From a virus, in IMG/VR virus record IMGVR_UViG_3300017917_000405, positions 1-64,000 of that record: a DNA stretch of 64,000 bases; one strand, given 5' to 3'. Positions 49,432-59,197 of this stretch are shown here, piece after piece. Under the pieces are notes generated by a model. That model saw only the letters and a list, made by a program, of their open reading frames with translations, had not been told where the DNA came from and did no database searches. Position numbers and translations under genes: made by a program. Within the stretch, counting starts at the first letter, position 1. Each line of letters starts with the position of its first letter.

Positions 49432-51936
49432 CTATGCAACAGTTATCCAGTTATCTGCATAAACCTGCACGTTACCTTCAATAATTTGAGGAATATCGTC
49501 TTCAGTTATGCTAATAATGTTTTCTCCAGAGTAAGAGTTTGATATTGCAAGTATTTGATTTGGAGATAATTCTTCTTCTACAATTCCTAAATATTGAATT
49601 GATACATTGCTTCCTCCTGTAGAATCTCCAAAATATATTCTTGGTGACTGTGCTGCTTTTACAATTAGCGGATTATCTAATACGATAGCAATGTGTGTCC
49701 AGGTGTCTAGAGGAATATCTATATCTAACCAATCAATGCCAGACGAAACGCTGCTAGTTGAATCAAGCACTCCGTTGATATATATGTCAGCAGATGATGG
49801 AGGTGTTGTAGACGCTACTGGGGTCCAGCCAATAATCTTTTTTGATGTATCTGTAGAGTTTCTTTTAATTAACATTGACATGCTTTTAACTCCACGATCC
49901 TCATCATTATCAAGTGAGGATACTGAGTAGTCTATATACCCACCGTTTCCAAAAAACTTTACTCCACTATGGTCTCCAAGATATATAGCACTTATTGTTT
50001 CATCTTGTATTGTCATTTTATTATCTGATGCAACAATCTGAACATTCTTTAAGTTATCTGATGCAATATATTGAACTGAAGACCCAGATGTAATCATTTT
50101 GCCAAATGACATAATTTTAAATTGACCAATAATTGGTGGAGTGTATAGACAGTCTTGTGAATCAAAAACTGTAGAAACAATAAACATGTTGTCTGCAATA
50201 TTTGTTGTGCTGTTTATACTTAAGACATTTTCTTTTTCAAGGGACATGGTTTGTGATGCGATTAATGATGTTTCTCCGTAGTGGTTAATCGTTACTTCTG
50301 CCTCTGGATTTACAACTTTTGGGTATCCATTTTCTACTGTTATTGCACCTATAAACTTTTTATTTAATGAAGATGAGTATGCGTCAAGTGCGAATTGCTC
50401 AATTGGCATTATTACATTTAATGTGCCCTTCTTGTGCATTCGAATATATTGATTATATGTAATAGTAAAGTCTTCATAGAACGTATTAAAAATAGTAGTG
50501 CTGTTTGCTGCACCCATTGTTGAGTTATATTTTATGTATGACTTGAATAGAGTAATTCTAGAAAAGTATCCATTGCTAATTGAAAATACATTATCTACTG
50601 TTCCAGCAACATCGTCTACTATCTCTCCGCCAAATGTAATTGTTGAGTCATTTGAAAATATTGTTTTATCTACATTTGTGATGTATGTTCTGTTTCCATT
50701 TAAATGAATAACATATCTTTTATTAAGTTGATCGTATGACATTCCAAATAAGTTTGATGAATCTTCAGTTACTGAGCCAATATTTGTTTCTACATAGTTT
50801 ACTGTTAGATGAGATAGTGAGTCTTTATACATTCTTACTAAAATATTTGCATTGTCTAAGACAACAGTTATTTTATTTTTTAATGTTTTATATGTTGAAA
50901 ATAGGACAAACTCGTTTGATGTGTCAAGTGTAGTAGGAGTAAACGAGAAACCAATTCCAAATGTTTCTGCAAAATACTTTGATGCTTTTCTAATCTTCAA
51001 AATATTTGATGAGTTAAATTCAAATCTGGTGGCTGATGGTGATGGATTAATATATTCGATTAGATCTGAGTTATCAAGTTGGTATCCATATCTTCCATAT
51101 ATAACGTTTTCATATATTGGCTTTGCCTGAACGTTTTCTGATGGAACTATAAGTTCTAATACCTTGTTGCTTGTATTTCCGCTGAACTTTGTATATGAAC
51201 CAGACAGGTTATCAAATATTTCTCCAGCGTAATCATATCCAAGCCCATAAACAATATGTCTTTTTGAATTTACCTCTGTGAGAATATATGGGTATAGAGC
51301 AATTGCATCTATTGTAGTTGTACCTAATTCATCATTTCCATAAAAATTAAAGTTTGTTGATGATGATGAGTGAGTATATGATGATGGTACGTTTCTGTTT
51401 GCCTTTTCATGCCTTATGCCATCTACTATAAGGTTAAAGTTTGATTTATAGCATGTAATAACAACATGATGTTGCATATTCCAAGAAGATACTGGTGCGG
51501 CAATAAAATAGTCATTATCTATATTTAAATAAATATAGTTTTTATAAATATATAACCCAAAAGACTCATCCGATCCAGCATCTAAAACTTTAAATTTTCC
51601 AGAAGAATCTGATTGATGTATTTTAATCCAAAACTCTAAAGACCAGGACTCTCCTATAGTATCTCCAGATAGTGTATTAAGCCTTGGAATAGTAAGTGAT
51701 GGATTAGATCCATTATCTAAAATGATTGAAGAGTTTCCTCCACCTAAAACTAGTGGAATTCCAGTATTTATTACTTTCATTCCAGAGTTATATACATACT
51801 CTCCGCTATGTTCTCCCGATCCGCTTGTATCTAAAAAAGATGAACATGCAACATTCTCTGTAGCACTAGTAAGGTCATCGTCAAGCGTCCATACAGCAAC
51901 AGGGTAATCTTTTAGTATAAGATCGGAATATTTCAT
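49432..51936 (-). CDS. LamG/concanavalin-like virion protein
   Basis: PVAVWTLDD, WSLEFWIK, HHVVIT, IDAIALY and WTHIAIV. Confidence 0.75.
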   Translation of the reverse strand: MKYSDLILKDYPVAVWTLDDDLTSATENVACSSFLDTSGSGEHSGEYVYNSGMKVINTGIPLVLGGGNSSIILDNGSNPSLTIPRLNTLSGDTIGESWSLEFWIKIHQSDSSGKFKVLDAGSDESFGLYIYKNYIYLNIDNDYFIAAPVSSWNMQHHVVITCYKSNFNLIVDGIRHEKANRNVPSSYTHSSSSTNFNFYGNDELGTTTIDAIALYPYILTEVNSKRHIVYGLGYDYAGEIFDNLSGSYTKFSGNTSNKVLELIVPSENVQAKPIYENVIYGRYGYQLDNSDLIEYINPSPSATRFEFNSSNILKIRKASKYFAETFGIGFSFTPTTLDTSNEFVLFSTYKTLKNKITVVLDNANILVRMYKDSLSHLTVNYVETNIGSVTEDSSNLFGMSYDQLNKRYVIHLNGNRTYITNVDKTIFSNDSTITFGGEIVDDVAGTVDNVFSISNGYFSRITLFKSYIKYNSTMGAANSTTIFNTFYEDFTITYNQYIRMHKKGTLNVIMPIEQFALDAYSSSLNKKFIGAITVENGYPKVVNPEAEVTINHYGETSLIASQTMSLEKENVLSINSTTNIADNMFIVSTVFDSQDCLYTPPIIGQFKIMSFGKMITSGSSVQYIASDNLKNVQIVASDNKMTIQDETISAIYLGDHSGVKFFGNGGYIDYSVSSLDNDEDRGVKSMSMLIKRNSTDTSKKIIGWTPVASTTPPSSADIYINGVLDSTSSVSSGIDWLDIDIPLDTWTHIAIVLDNPLIVKAAQSPRIYFGDSTGGSNVSIQYLGIVEEELSPNQILAISNSYSGENIISITEDDIPQIIEGNVQVYADNWITVA

Positions 51937-51963
51937 GAGGCCTCTTATAAATTATAACGCAAT

Positions 51964-53889
51964 TTAGACAGAGACTATATCACAAGATCCAGCAACACAT
52001 GCAAGATCCTGAGTTCCAGTAGTTGTATCTGATTGCTCATAGTATGAAAGCCATACCCAATCAATTGTTTCTGGAGTTCTTGTTATCAATTCGTTATATT
52101 CTGACTCTGTAATTTCTTGGTATGGTGCTTGCTGATATGTGTGATCTGAGTGTGGAAGAAATGAAATTCCAGAGATTTCGTCCATGTGCTTAAACACCCA
52201 TGCACCAACATCCATCCATTCATCTTCACGAACAGATACTGTAATTGAAGGCTTATGTTCTGCCCAATGTCTTTGATACATCAGCCAGAGTTCTAGATGC
52301 TTAATTGCGGTAAGGTCTGATCTTGTAAGCGCATTAGATGGAGCCTTGATTGGAAACGTAAATACTGTTGTGTCCATTGGCTTCATTACATCTGGTTCTG
52401 CAATTACTCCCATGTCTTTGAGCATTGTTGTAATTGGGTCTTTATTGTCTGCTCTAACTGTGCGAGCATAGAATTCGCTATGCCATGGGTGCATACCGCT
52501 TGCGCCATTAACAAGTTGTGAGACAGTACCGGAAGGCTTTACACAGGTAATGGCAGTAGCCTGGTTAATACCAATTTTTGAAGCCCACGCCTTATTAATT
52601 TCAACTGATTTCTCGCGCATTGCTGTCAGCCATTCGATTAGTTTTTCTTCACCCTCAGATCCATTAAGAACTGGGTGGCTAAGTTGATTTGTTAGAGATA
52701 CACCAAGCAATCTTTCTTCTTCTGAGTTCTTTTGCCAAATTTTTCTAAGGTACTTAAAACGAGTAAACGTTGACTGTACAGTTCCAAGAATTGTTGCTGT
52801 CTCTACCTTTTCTAGTAGTTCTTCTAAAGTATCTGTTTCACGAACTACAACCTCTGTAAGATTACAGAATTGGTATGGTCGCAAAATAATTTCACTACAT
52901 GGGTTAGTTCCAAATTCATGCTCTGGATCTCTTCTACCATTTTTCTTTGCAACATTCTTGGCAGCATCTCTAGAAAAAATACCGCGTTCGCCAGACTTTG
53001 AATCGTACAAAGCCTTCCACTCTGCCATAAAAACTTCCATTGTTGGAGTTTGTTCGTATACTGCTGAGTTGTTTGCTAGAGCACGCTGACCGTTATATTC
53101 CCACCAAGAACCAGACTTTGCGGCTGCCATATTTCGATCCTCTAGGTCGGACAGAGAAATCATTGCTGAGCGACGTACACCGCCCACAACAACAACTTCT
53201 GCAACCTTACACATAATGTCATGTGCTTCAAGTGGGGTGATCTTACGTCCTGCAGCGTTTCTAATAAGTTCTACTGAAAACTTAAACAGTCTATCCAATG
53301 GTTCTGGGCCAGACGCCCTTCCACCAAATGTCTTAAGTCTTTCTCCTGCAGGTCGAACCTTGCTCATGTCCCATGTTGGAATTTGACCTTGCCATAGCAA
53401 CGCCAAAAGTTCCTTAAATGCTCGTGCCCAGCCAGCCTTTGAGTCCTCTACAATAATTACGGTAGAAGTCTCCTCAAAGTGCTCGTCTACTCGTGGCAAC
53501 TGATTTACATAACGTGATTCTACTGAATATCCAACACCTGTTCCACACATAAGAATATACATTGCTTCATCAAATGATCTTAGTGAATCAACTGGTAGGT
53601 ATGAGCAATTAAAAATACAAGTGTTATCTCTTTCAAGTGCTGGCCCAGCGGTCATCAAAGCACGCATTGAAGGCATTACCTTTGTAGCAATAATATCTTC
53701 ACGAATCTTTTCAATGACCTTCTTGTTCATCTCAAAATTGCTGTGTTCTTTAAGAGCATTAAAGATGTAATCAACGTACCTATCCACAGTTTCATCCCAG
53801 TTTTCTCGGCGGTTTTCTTCTTCTATCCACCTTGCGTAACGGGTCTTGTGAATTACCTGCTGATAAGCAGAAGGTAGTTGATATGTCAT
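51964..53889 (-). CDS. nrdJ: Class II (B12-dependent) ribonucleotide reductase
   Basis: PSMR, FNCSY, GTNPCSEI, CVKPSGT, HKPSIT and C-terminal CVAGSC; no small-subunit gene nearby. Confidence 0.92.
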   Translation of the reverse strand: MTYQLPSAYQQVIHKTRYARWIEEENRRENWDETVDRYVDYIFNALKEHSNFEMNKKVIEKIREDIIATKVMPSMRALMTAGPALERDNTCIFNCSYLPVDSLRSFDEAMYILMCGTGVGYSVESRYVNQLPRVDEHFEETSTVIIVEDSKAGWARAFKELLALLWQGQIPTWDMSKVRPAGERLKTFGGRASGPEPLDRLFKFSVELIRNAAGRKITPLEAHDIMCKVAEVVVVGGVRRSAMISLSDLEDRNMAAAKSGSWWEYNGQRALANNSAVYEQTPTMEVFMAEWKALYDSKSGERGIFSRDAAKNVAKKNGRRDPEHEFGTNPCSEIILRPYQFCNLTEVVVRETDTLEELLEKVETATILGTVQSTFTRFKYLRKIWQKNSEEERLLGVSLTNQLSHPVLNGSEGEEKLIEWLTAMREKSVEINKAWASKIGINQATAITCVKPSGTVSQLVNGASGMHPWHSEFYARTVRADNKDPITTMLKDMGVIAEPDVMKPMDTTVFTFPIKAPSNALTRSDLTAIKHLELWLMYQRHWAEHKPSITVSVREDEWMDVGAWVFKHMDEISGISFLPHSDHTYQQAPYQEITESEYNELITRTPETIDWVWLSYYEQSDTTTGTQDLACVAGSCDIVSV

Positions 53890-54003
53890 ATAAATCTCTC
53901 CATAAATTTTATTTTTTATATCTGCCATCAGCAGCGTATTTCTCTATTCTACGGCATGATCTATTTAGGAACAAGTTAGTCAGAGAGTGATAAACTTAAC
54001 AAC

Positions 54004-54213
54004 ATGATAACGATACAAGAATTACATAAATATTATAAATTAGCAGATCAAGGATTAGTTAAAAAGTTTAATTGTCCATCAGATCATGATCATCCTGATC
54101 TTATTCCATCAGTAGATGAAAACGATAATCCTATACTTTACTGTTTAGGATGTTCGTCAAGAATTACTTTAGGTGAAAACCTATCTTCTATTATTAAATA
54201 TTTATTATATTAA
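54004..54213 (+). CDS. Small zinc ribbon protein
   Basis: CPSDH...YCLGC; TGATAAACT-7 nt-ATG. Confidence 0.7.
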   Translation: MITIQELHKYYKLADQGLVKKFNCPSDHDHPDLIPSVDENDNPILYCLGCSSRITLGENLSSIIKYLLY

Positions 54214-54268
54214 ATAAATATATTATATATATTTATAATATTTATATTTTTTATATATATAAAAGAAA
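54214..54268. other. Nearly pure A/T tract
   Basis: ATAAATATATTATATATATTTATAATATTTATATTTTTTATATATATAAAAGAAA between convergent genes. Confidence 0.8.
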
Positions 54269-54316
54269 GTGTAGCAGACGTTTTTATGATCACTCTCTAA
54301 AAACAACTTGTTGTTA

Positions 54317-55294
54317 CTAATTTGTTATCTGATCGTAACGTTCAAGAAATTCTTTTTTCACTAGACTGAAGTGATCTCCAACTTTCTTTTTCCAATTCCA
54401 TTGATTATGAACTTCTGATGCTCTATCATAATAAACATCACACACATCTTGAGGACTATTATCAACAAAATTTTTCATTTTATTAACAACATCTTCATAG
54501 TCTGGCCTATACATCTTTCCAGGATGAATGTCTTGCCACAGAGAATAGTCTAAGTAACTATTGATTCTATGCTCTGGTAGTAAAAAGTTTGAATAATCCA
54601 TCCACTTAGTGGTTGATATAACAGGCATCCCAGTAGCAAGAGCCTGTAGTGGAAGCAGACCAAACCCCTCGCCCCATGTTGGATAAATAAAACAATGAGC
54701 ATTAGACATTAGTTTAGACATTTCTGGATACATTAAATTTTCTGTAACAACTTTTACGTTTGGCTCGTTGTATGGAATAGCAGATCCACCATATGCCTTA
54801 ATAATAAGTTCTACGTTTTTATTTCCAGCAAAGTTTTCCATAAATGCATTAAACGTGTCGTATAGATTTTTGCGATATGCAGGTGCTCCAAAATGAATAA
54901 ATGTTATTTTGTCATCTACAGTTCTCTTTGCTGGTTGCCATACATCGTCTATTCCATGACCAAATACCTTAATTGGACCACTAAAATATTCTGTAAATAC
55001 ATCTTTACAAAATTGATTTGGAACCCATAGTTCATCTATTTGTTCTAAATACTCATCCCACTTTGGCTTTAGCGACGTTGACTCCCAAGCGGTATATCCA
55101 ATCTTGTAAGAGCGTTCTCCATAAAATTTATAAAACTGTGGATGAGCAAACGTTATTTCAATATCTGCTTTTCTATCTCTTACAACGGTATAGTCAAGTT
55201 TTGGTAGGGTGCTTAGAATTTTAAATGTTGCGTGTCCGTACCCAGTCATAACTGCTGAATCACAGTTATTCATGCTTATTTTCATGTTGTCCAA
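54317..55294 (-). CDS. GT-B (GT4-like) glycosyltransferase
   Basis: TGYG, WES, RKN and EGFGLLPLQALATGMPVI. Confidence 0.9.
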   Translation of the reverse strand: MDNMKISMNNCDSAVMTGYGHATFKILSTLPKLDYTVVRDRKADIEITFAHPQFYKFYGERSYKIGYTAWESTSLKPKWDEYLEQIDELWVPNQFCKDVFTEYFSGPIKVFGHGIDDVWQPAKRTVDDKITFIHFGAPAYRKNLYDTFNAFMENFAGNKNVELIIKAYGGSAIPYNEPNVKVVTENLMYPEMSKLMSNAHCFIYPTWGEGFGLLPLQALATGMPVISTTKWMDYSNFLLPEHRINSYLDYSLWQDIHPGKMYRPDYEDVVNKMKNFVDNSPQDVCDVYYDRASEVHNQWNWKKKVGDHFSLVKKEFLERYDQITN

Positions 55295-55328
55295 TCTTTC
55301 TCACTATTCTACCTTAGAAATGAAAAAA

Positions 55329-55348
55329 GCCCCACATTATAGTGGGGC
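55329..55348. terminator. Hairpin terminator after holin
   Basis: GCCCCAC-ATTATA-GTGGGGC with A6 on the left (U-tract on the minus strand). Confidence 0.8.
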
Positions 55349-55363
55349 AATTTTCAATAAGCA

Positions 55364-55585
55364 CTATGACTGCTTCTTTGATCCCTTTCCCCAACGATTA
55401 TCAGATGGGTCAAGCGCTGTGATGATTAGTGGTAGTACAGAAGCAAGACCAGCAGCAAGCCAAGTCCTAAGTTCTGTAATATCTACTGAAAATACATCAG
55501 CGCCGTCTGCAAGGAATAGTCCAAGTACAACTGAAATGAACACCTTGACATAGGACTTTACGATTTCTAGAATCTTGTTATCCAA
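55364..55585 (-). CDS. Holin-like membrane protein
   Basis: TTG start after AGGAGGT; two hydrophobic segments, then ALDPSD.RWG and a basic tail. Confidence 0.7.
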   Translation of the reverse strand: MDNKILEIVKSYVKVFISVVLGLFLADGADVFSVDITELRTWLAAGLASVLPLIITALDPSDNRWGKGSKKQS

Positions 55586-55618
55586 GGTAAACCTCCTTCT
55601 GGAGAAATTATACCCACA

Positions 55619-55647
55619 TTGACTTCTGCGAATATCCATGATAAGGT
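55619..55647 (+). promoter_or_regulatory. Housekeeping-sigma promoter for the Rpf-like gene
   Basis: TTGACT-17 nt-TAAGGT with TG extension. Confidence 0.7.
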
Positions 55648-55675
55648 AGATAAGTTGCCGCCGCAAGGAGGAAAC

Positions 55676-56272
55676 ATGACGAAAACGAAACTGGTAGGAG
55701 GAATTATGGCAATGGGATTTGTTGCAGGTGCTGTAATGGGAGTTGCTGCTCCCAATTCCTCTCAACAGGCTTATGCTAAGTCTGTACCAACTGCGACGGA
55801 TGGGCTAACAGAGCCTACCGCCACAAATGTAGGACTTGTTCCTGCACAACAGGAGGCTACTGTAAAACGCCTACCAACTCTGCTGAGAGTTAATTCAGCA
55901 GATGACGAAAGAGGATTTGAAAAGAGTGCATATAAGGGGAAGTATTTTCACCGCGCCGATGAAACTCTACGTCGTTGCATTATCACAAGAGAGAGCCATG
56001 CGACCTATATGTTAAATGGCGGAGGGGCTTATCAATTCATGAGTTATGATAGATGGCCTATCTCACTTTCTTGGATGTTAAAGAAAGAAATACGCAAGCA
56101 CTATGGAAAACGGCTTGCAAATAAGATGCAGAAAATACTTTCTCATCATGAAGTAAACGAATGGTCCCGTTATTGGCAGGACGCAGCATTCTATACGGTT
56201 CTTAATTACAAGGGCCGTCATTCTGGAATCAAGCATTGGACTGCGACTGTTCCAGGGACAGACTGCTTTTAA
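55676..56272 (+). CDS. Secreted Rpf-like/lysozyme-fold transglycosylase
   Basis: Signal-like N-terminus; CIITRES...GAYQF...W...QD...HW; AAGGAGG RBS. Confidence 0.75.
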   Translation: MTKTKLVGGIMAMGFVAGAVMGVAAPNSSQQAYAKSVPTATDGLTEPTATNVGLVPAQQEATVKRLPTLLRVNSADDERGFEKSAYKGKYFHRADETLRRCIITRESHATYMLNGGGAYQFMSYDRWPISLSWMLKKEIRKHYGKRLANKMQKILSHHEVNEWSRYWQDAAFYTVLNYKGRHSGIKHWTATVPGTDCF

Positions 56273-56281
56273 GTAGTACAA

Positions 56282-56332
56282 TGGTGGGGGTGGTATACCC
56301 AATTTATTAGGTGGCAACAACTACCCCCACCA
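56282..56332 (+). terminator. Long GC hairpin after the Rpf-like gene
   Basis: TGGTGGGGGTGGT...ACTACCCCCACCA. Confidence 0.6.
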
Positions 56333-56351
56333 CACTTATACTAGGAGAATT

Positions 56352-57035
56352 GTGAAAAAGGTTTTAGACCATGGATATGTTCGTCTTGTAAATAACATGG
56401 GCAGCGACTTGGACGTAGTAAATGCTGCTAGGGTTTCGTTTGATAAAGAAGTCGCAAAATTAGAAAACAAAGATGAAAGGCTCATTGAGTTTCTTGTACA
56501 ACACAAGCATGATTCATGTCTACGACATTGTGTAATGACTTTTGAAGTATATGCACCACTTATGGTCGCTAGACAATGGTATAAGCACGTTGTGGCTGCA
56601 AGCGCCCTTGACGACCAACTAGGATGGAATGAATCTTCTCGTAGATATATTACTGAAAATGAAGAATTCTATGTGCCAGAAGCCTGGAGAAGCGTCCCCG
56701 AAAATAGAAAACAAGGCTCTGGAGATAACCTAGACTTAAAGACCTCACAAGTACTTTCTGGAGCGTTAGCGCAGCATATAGATACCGCATACACACTTTA
56801 CAAAAACGCGCTAGAAGTTGGTGTCGCACCAGAACAAGCGCGATTGTTTTTGCCAGCATATGCGATGTATGTGCGCTGGCGTTGGACTGCATCCTTAAAT
56901 GCTGTATTGCACTTTATTGCGTTACGCAACGCGACGGAGGCACAGGCAGAGATCCAAGAATACTCCAAAGCCATAGAAACCATTACATACGACTATTATC
57001 CAATTACAAGCAAGTATTGGAATAAATACCGATGA
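56352..57035 (+). CDS. thyX: Flavin-dependent thymidylate synthase
   Basis: VNAARVSF, VARQWYKH...WNESSRRY, EQARLFLP and AQAEIQEY. Confidence 0.93.
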   Translation: MKKVLDHGYVRLVNNMGSDLDVVNAARVSFDKEVAKLENKDERLIEFLVQHKHDSCLRHCVMTFEVYAPLMVARQWYKHVVAASALDDQLGWNESSRRYITENEEFYVPEAWRSVPENRKQGSGDNLDLKTSQVLSGALAQHIDTAYTLYKNALEVGVAPEQARLFLPAYAMYVRWRWTASLNAVLHFIALRNATEAQAEIQEYSKAIETITYDYYPITSKYWNKYR

Positions 57036-57643
57036 GATATGAACACATTGCTGATCCACCGCTACTCATCGTGCATGACACCTTCACAGATGAAGAACTA
57101 CGTCGCGTGTGGAAAGAACTAGACTTTCTTACAGAAGAAGACTATATGCTTCCACCAGAAAGAACTGGAACTGCTACAAATGAGGACGGAAGCCCCAGGA
57201 AAAATAACGCAGCAAGGTTTATAGACCCATTCTATGCAGAAGGACTATATTCTCCAGTATGTTTATATACTGAAAAACTTATTGGATCTGATGTTCTAGA
57301 GCAATTAGAAAAGGTAAGCCCAACAAACAAGTTTTTCTCAAAAATTAATCATAGGTCAGTACTGATAAGTTACTATCAGAATTCTGGATACTACCATCCA
57401 CATGAAGATTCATGTTTTTATACAATAACTACTTATCTATTCAAAGAGCCTAAAAGGTTTACTGGAGGAGATATTTCCATAGAATTTCGGGGCGCGAAAA
57501 TAGAGATCCACATACACAACAATATGTCTATAATATTCCCATCCTTCTATCTACACGAAGTGTCTGAAATTAGGATGGAAGACAGACCATTCTCAGGTAA
57601 TGGTAGATATTGTATTTCTCAATTTTTAGGAAGTAAGTCATGA
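57032..57643 (+). CDS. 2OG-Fe(II) oxygenase (prolyl-4-hydroxylase-like)
   Basis: YHPHED, FTGG, IFPS..LHEV and RYCI. Confidence 0.88.
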   Translation: MRYEHIADPPLLIVHDTFTDEELRRVWKELDFLTEEDYMLPPERTGTATNEDGSPRKNNAARFIDPFYAEGLYSPVCLYTEKLIGSDVLEQLEKVSPTNKFFSKINHRSVLISYYQNSGYYHPHEDSCFYTITTYLFKEPKRFTGGDISIEFRGAKIEIHIHNNMSIIFPSFYLHEVSEIRMEDRPFSGNGRYCISQFLGSKS

Positions 57644-57825
57644 CCGAAGATACCGATCTTATTCTTTATATTATGCTAGGACGCATATATGATGTATTGA
57701 TGATTATTGCTGATGAAATGGGAAGAGGTCAAGATGTACTTGAATTGCGTCAATTGCATGAGTCAGGAGAACTTATCTGTCCCCCGCCGTCTTTAAAACC
57801 TAGTCCTGATCCAAATGCCAATTAA
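57640..57825 (+). CDS. Hypothetical protein
   Basis: YIMLGRIYD...LH..G...PPP; ATGA coupling. Confidence 0.7.
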   Translation: MTEDTDLILYIMLGRIYDVLMIIADEMGRGQDVLELRQLHESGELICPPPSLKPSPDPNAN

Positions 57826-58102
57826 TATGATCGTCTACTTTATTACGAATATCTTTAATATCTGATGATGCTTCTGCTATATCCTTAGCAAATTGTGATT
57901 GATTGTATTCAAGACGATTAATAGCATCTCTCATTGACCCACCGCCATTTGGATGTAGTTCTTTTTTGATATCGCAAAGTTCTTCTTTTACGTCTTTGAG
58001 TAACCATTTAGAAATAATAGTAACTACAGCAACAATTGCTATAACTGCACCCGCCATCTGGCCTAAAAATATAATTAAATCGTCAACTTGCGGAGTGTCC
58101 AT
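57800..58102 (-). CDS. Membrane protein with PNGGGSMRD motif (lysis-region type)
   Basis: One TM helix then ELHPNGGGSMRDAINRLE coiled coil; start reassigned to MDTPQ. Confidence 0.7.
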   Translation of the reverse strand: MDTPQVDDLIIFLGQMAGAVIAIVAVVTIISKWLLKDVKEELCDIKKELHPNGGGSMRDAINRLEYNQSQFAKDIAEASSDIKDIRNKVDDHINWHLDQD

Positions 58103-58187
58103 ACATTCATAGTTCCTATTTAGTTTTTTACAGGCCAGCCTGTAAATTAATTTTATCACGAAAAGATTACGATGATATACTTTGCAT

Positions 58188-58340
58188 ATGGAAACAACAG
58201 TAACTTGTAAACTATGTGGAACAGAACTTAACATTACACTAGGTACATCAGAATCAATGAATATAGATGGAACAATGATTACAACAATTATTAGTGCAAT
58301 GGGTTCAGCAATTCACGATTGCCCCGCGCTTTCTGCGTAA
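58188..58340 (+). CDS. Small zinc-binding protein (50 aa)
   Basis: Manual translation METTVTCKLCG...IHDCP; TGATATACT-6 nt-ATG. Confidence 0.6.
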   Translation: METTVTCKLCGTELNITLGTSESMNIDGTMITTIISAMGSAIHDCPALSA

Positions 58341-58346
58341 CATTTT

Positions 58347-58396
58347 GTTATAAAATTTCGTTATAAATTTGTTATATATTGTTATCATTTTGTTAT
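58347..58396 (+). repeat. Five roughly helically phased GTTAT repeats
   Basis: GTTAT at 58347, 58360, 58371, 58381 and 58392. Confidence 0.75.
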
Positions 58397-58619
58397 AGTT
58401 CAAATTGAGAAAAATGTTAATAATATTTTATTTTGTATGATGTTGATATTTGTGTCCAAAATGTCCGTTTTGAGTAGTGCGCCCATAAATGTTCCTTACG
58501 ACCCCTATGTCCGTTTTGTGAGTTTTGTCATGGCGAATGGAATGCAGGCCCGTAGAATGGCGAAAGGACGGGAGGGTAGTTTCCTACCCCGCCGCCCTCT
58601 CGTGCCGCCTAGCGTCCCG

Positions 58620-59045
58620 CTAGATATCCTCGCCGCAGGTGTGGCAGTAGATCGCTGCCACTTGCTGGTCCCCGTTGTGATCTTCCTCCATGATCGCGCT
58701 GGTGAAATGATCTAGGTGTAGTGCCTTCCGTAGCCCGCGTGCCCATTCTGCGAACTCCATACCCTTGCGCTGCGCGTCGTGGGTCCATGCACCGTGGCAG
58801 GTGGCGCATAGCACCTGGCACTTAGACAGTTCCGCAAGCAGAGTGCGCGTGGAGTATCGGCGCACCATGTTCGCAGGGTGAACTACCTCGCCAGAGGCGT
58901 TGCGGTATTTGTTCGATGGATCTAGGTGGTCGAGCACTAGGCCCGCCGCGCTCGTGCGATATCCGCAGACTGTGCAACCGTGGGACAGTTTGTGCGCGTC
59001 AACTATGGCGCGATTGCGCTCCTGTGCCTGTCGTGAGATAGCCAT
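58620..59045 (-). CDS. HNH-like endonuclease
   Basis: CTVCG...LDHLDP...KCQVLCATCH; start reassigned to MAISRQ. Confidence 0.75.
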   Translation of the reverse strand: MAISRQAQERNRAIVDAHKLSHGCTVCGYRTSAAGLVLDHLDPSNKYRNASGEVVHPANMVRRYSTRTLLAELSKCQVLCATCHGAWTHDAQRKGMEFAEWARGLRKALHLDHFTSAIMEEDHNGDQQVAAIYCHTCGEDI

Positions 59046-59197
59046 CACGCACACTCCTCGCACCCGTAGGCCTGCAGGCAGTATTGGCACGCGCTGGCCT
59101 CGCAAGCCTCGCATGAGGCAAGCGGCGTCACGTTGTCGCACATATCGCAGGCGAACAGGTCGAAGTCCGAAAGGGAAAGGTGTTCTAGTTCTTGCAT
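59045..59197 (-). CDS. Four-CxxC microprotein (50 aa)
   Basis: Manual translation MQELEHLSLSDFDLFACDMCDNVTPLASCEACEASACQYCLQAYGCEECA; GGAGG RBS. Confidence 0.65.
   Translation of the reverse strand: MQELEHLSLSDFDLFACDMCDNVTPLASCEACEASACQYCLQAYGCEECA

Noticed and set aside
53890-54320. tRNA genes in intergenic gaps
   Set aside because: No T-loop GTTCRA with a cloverleaf was seen here or in other gaps; a tRNAscan run would be needed to exclude them fully.
55590-55675. c-di-AMP (ydaO) riboswitch upstream of the Rpf-like gene
   Set aside because: The leader is only about 22 nt and lacks the conserved riboswitch segments.
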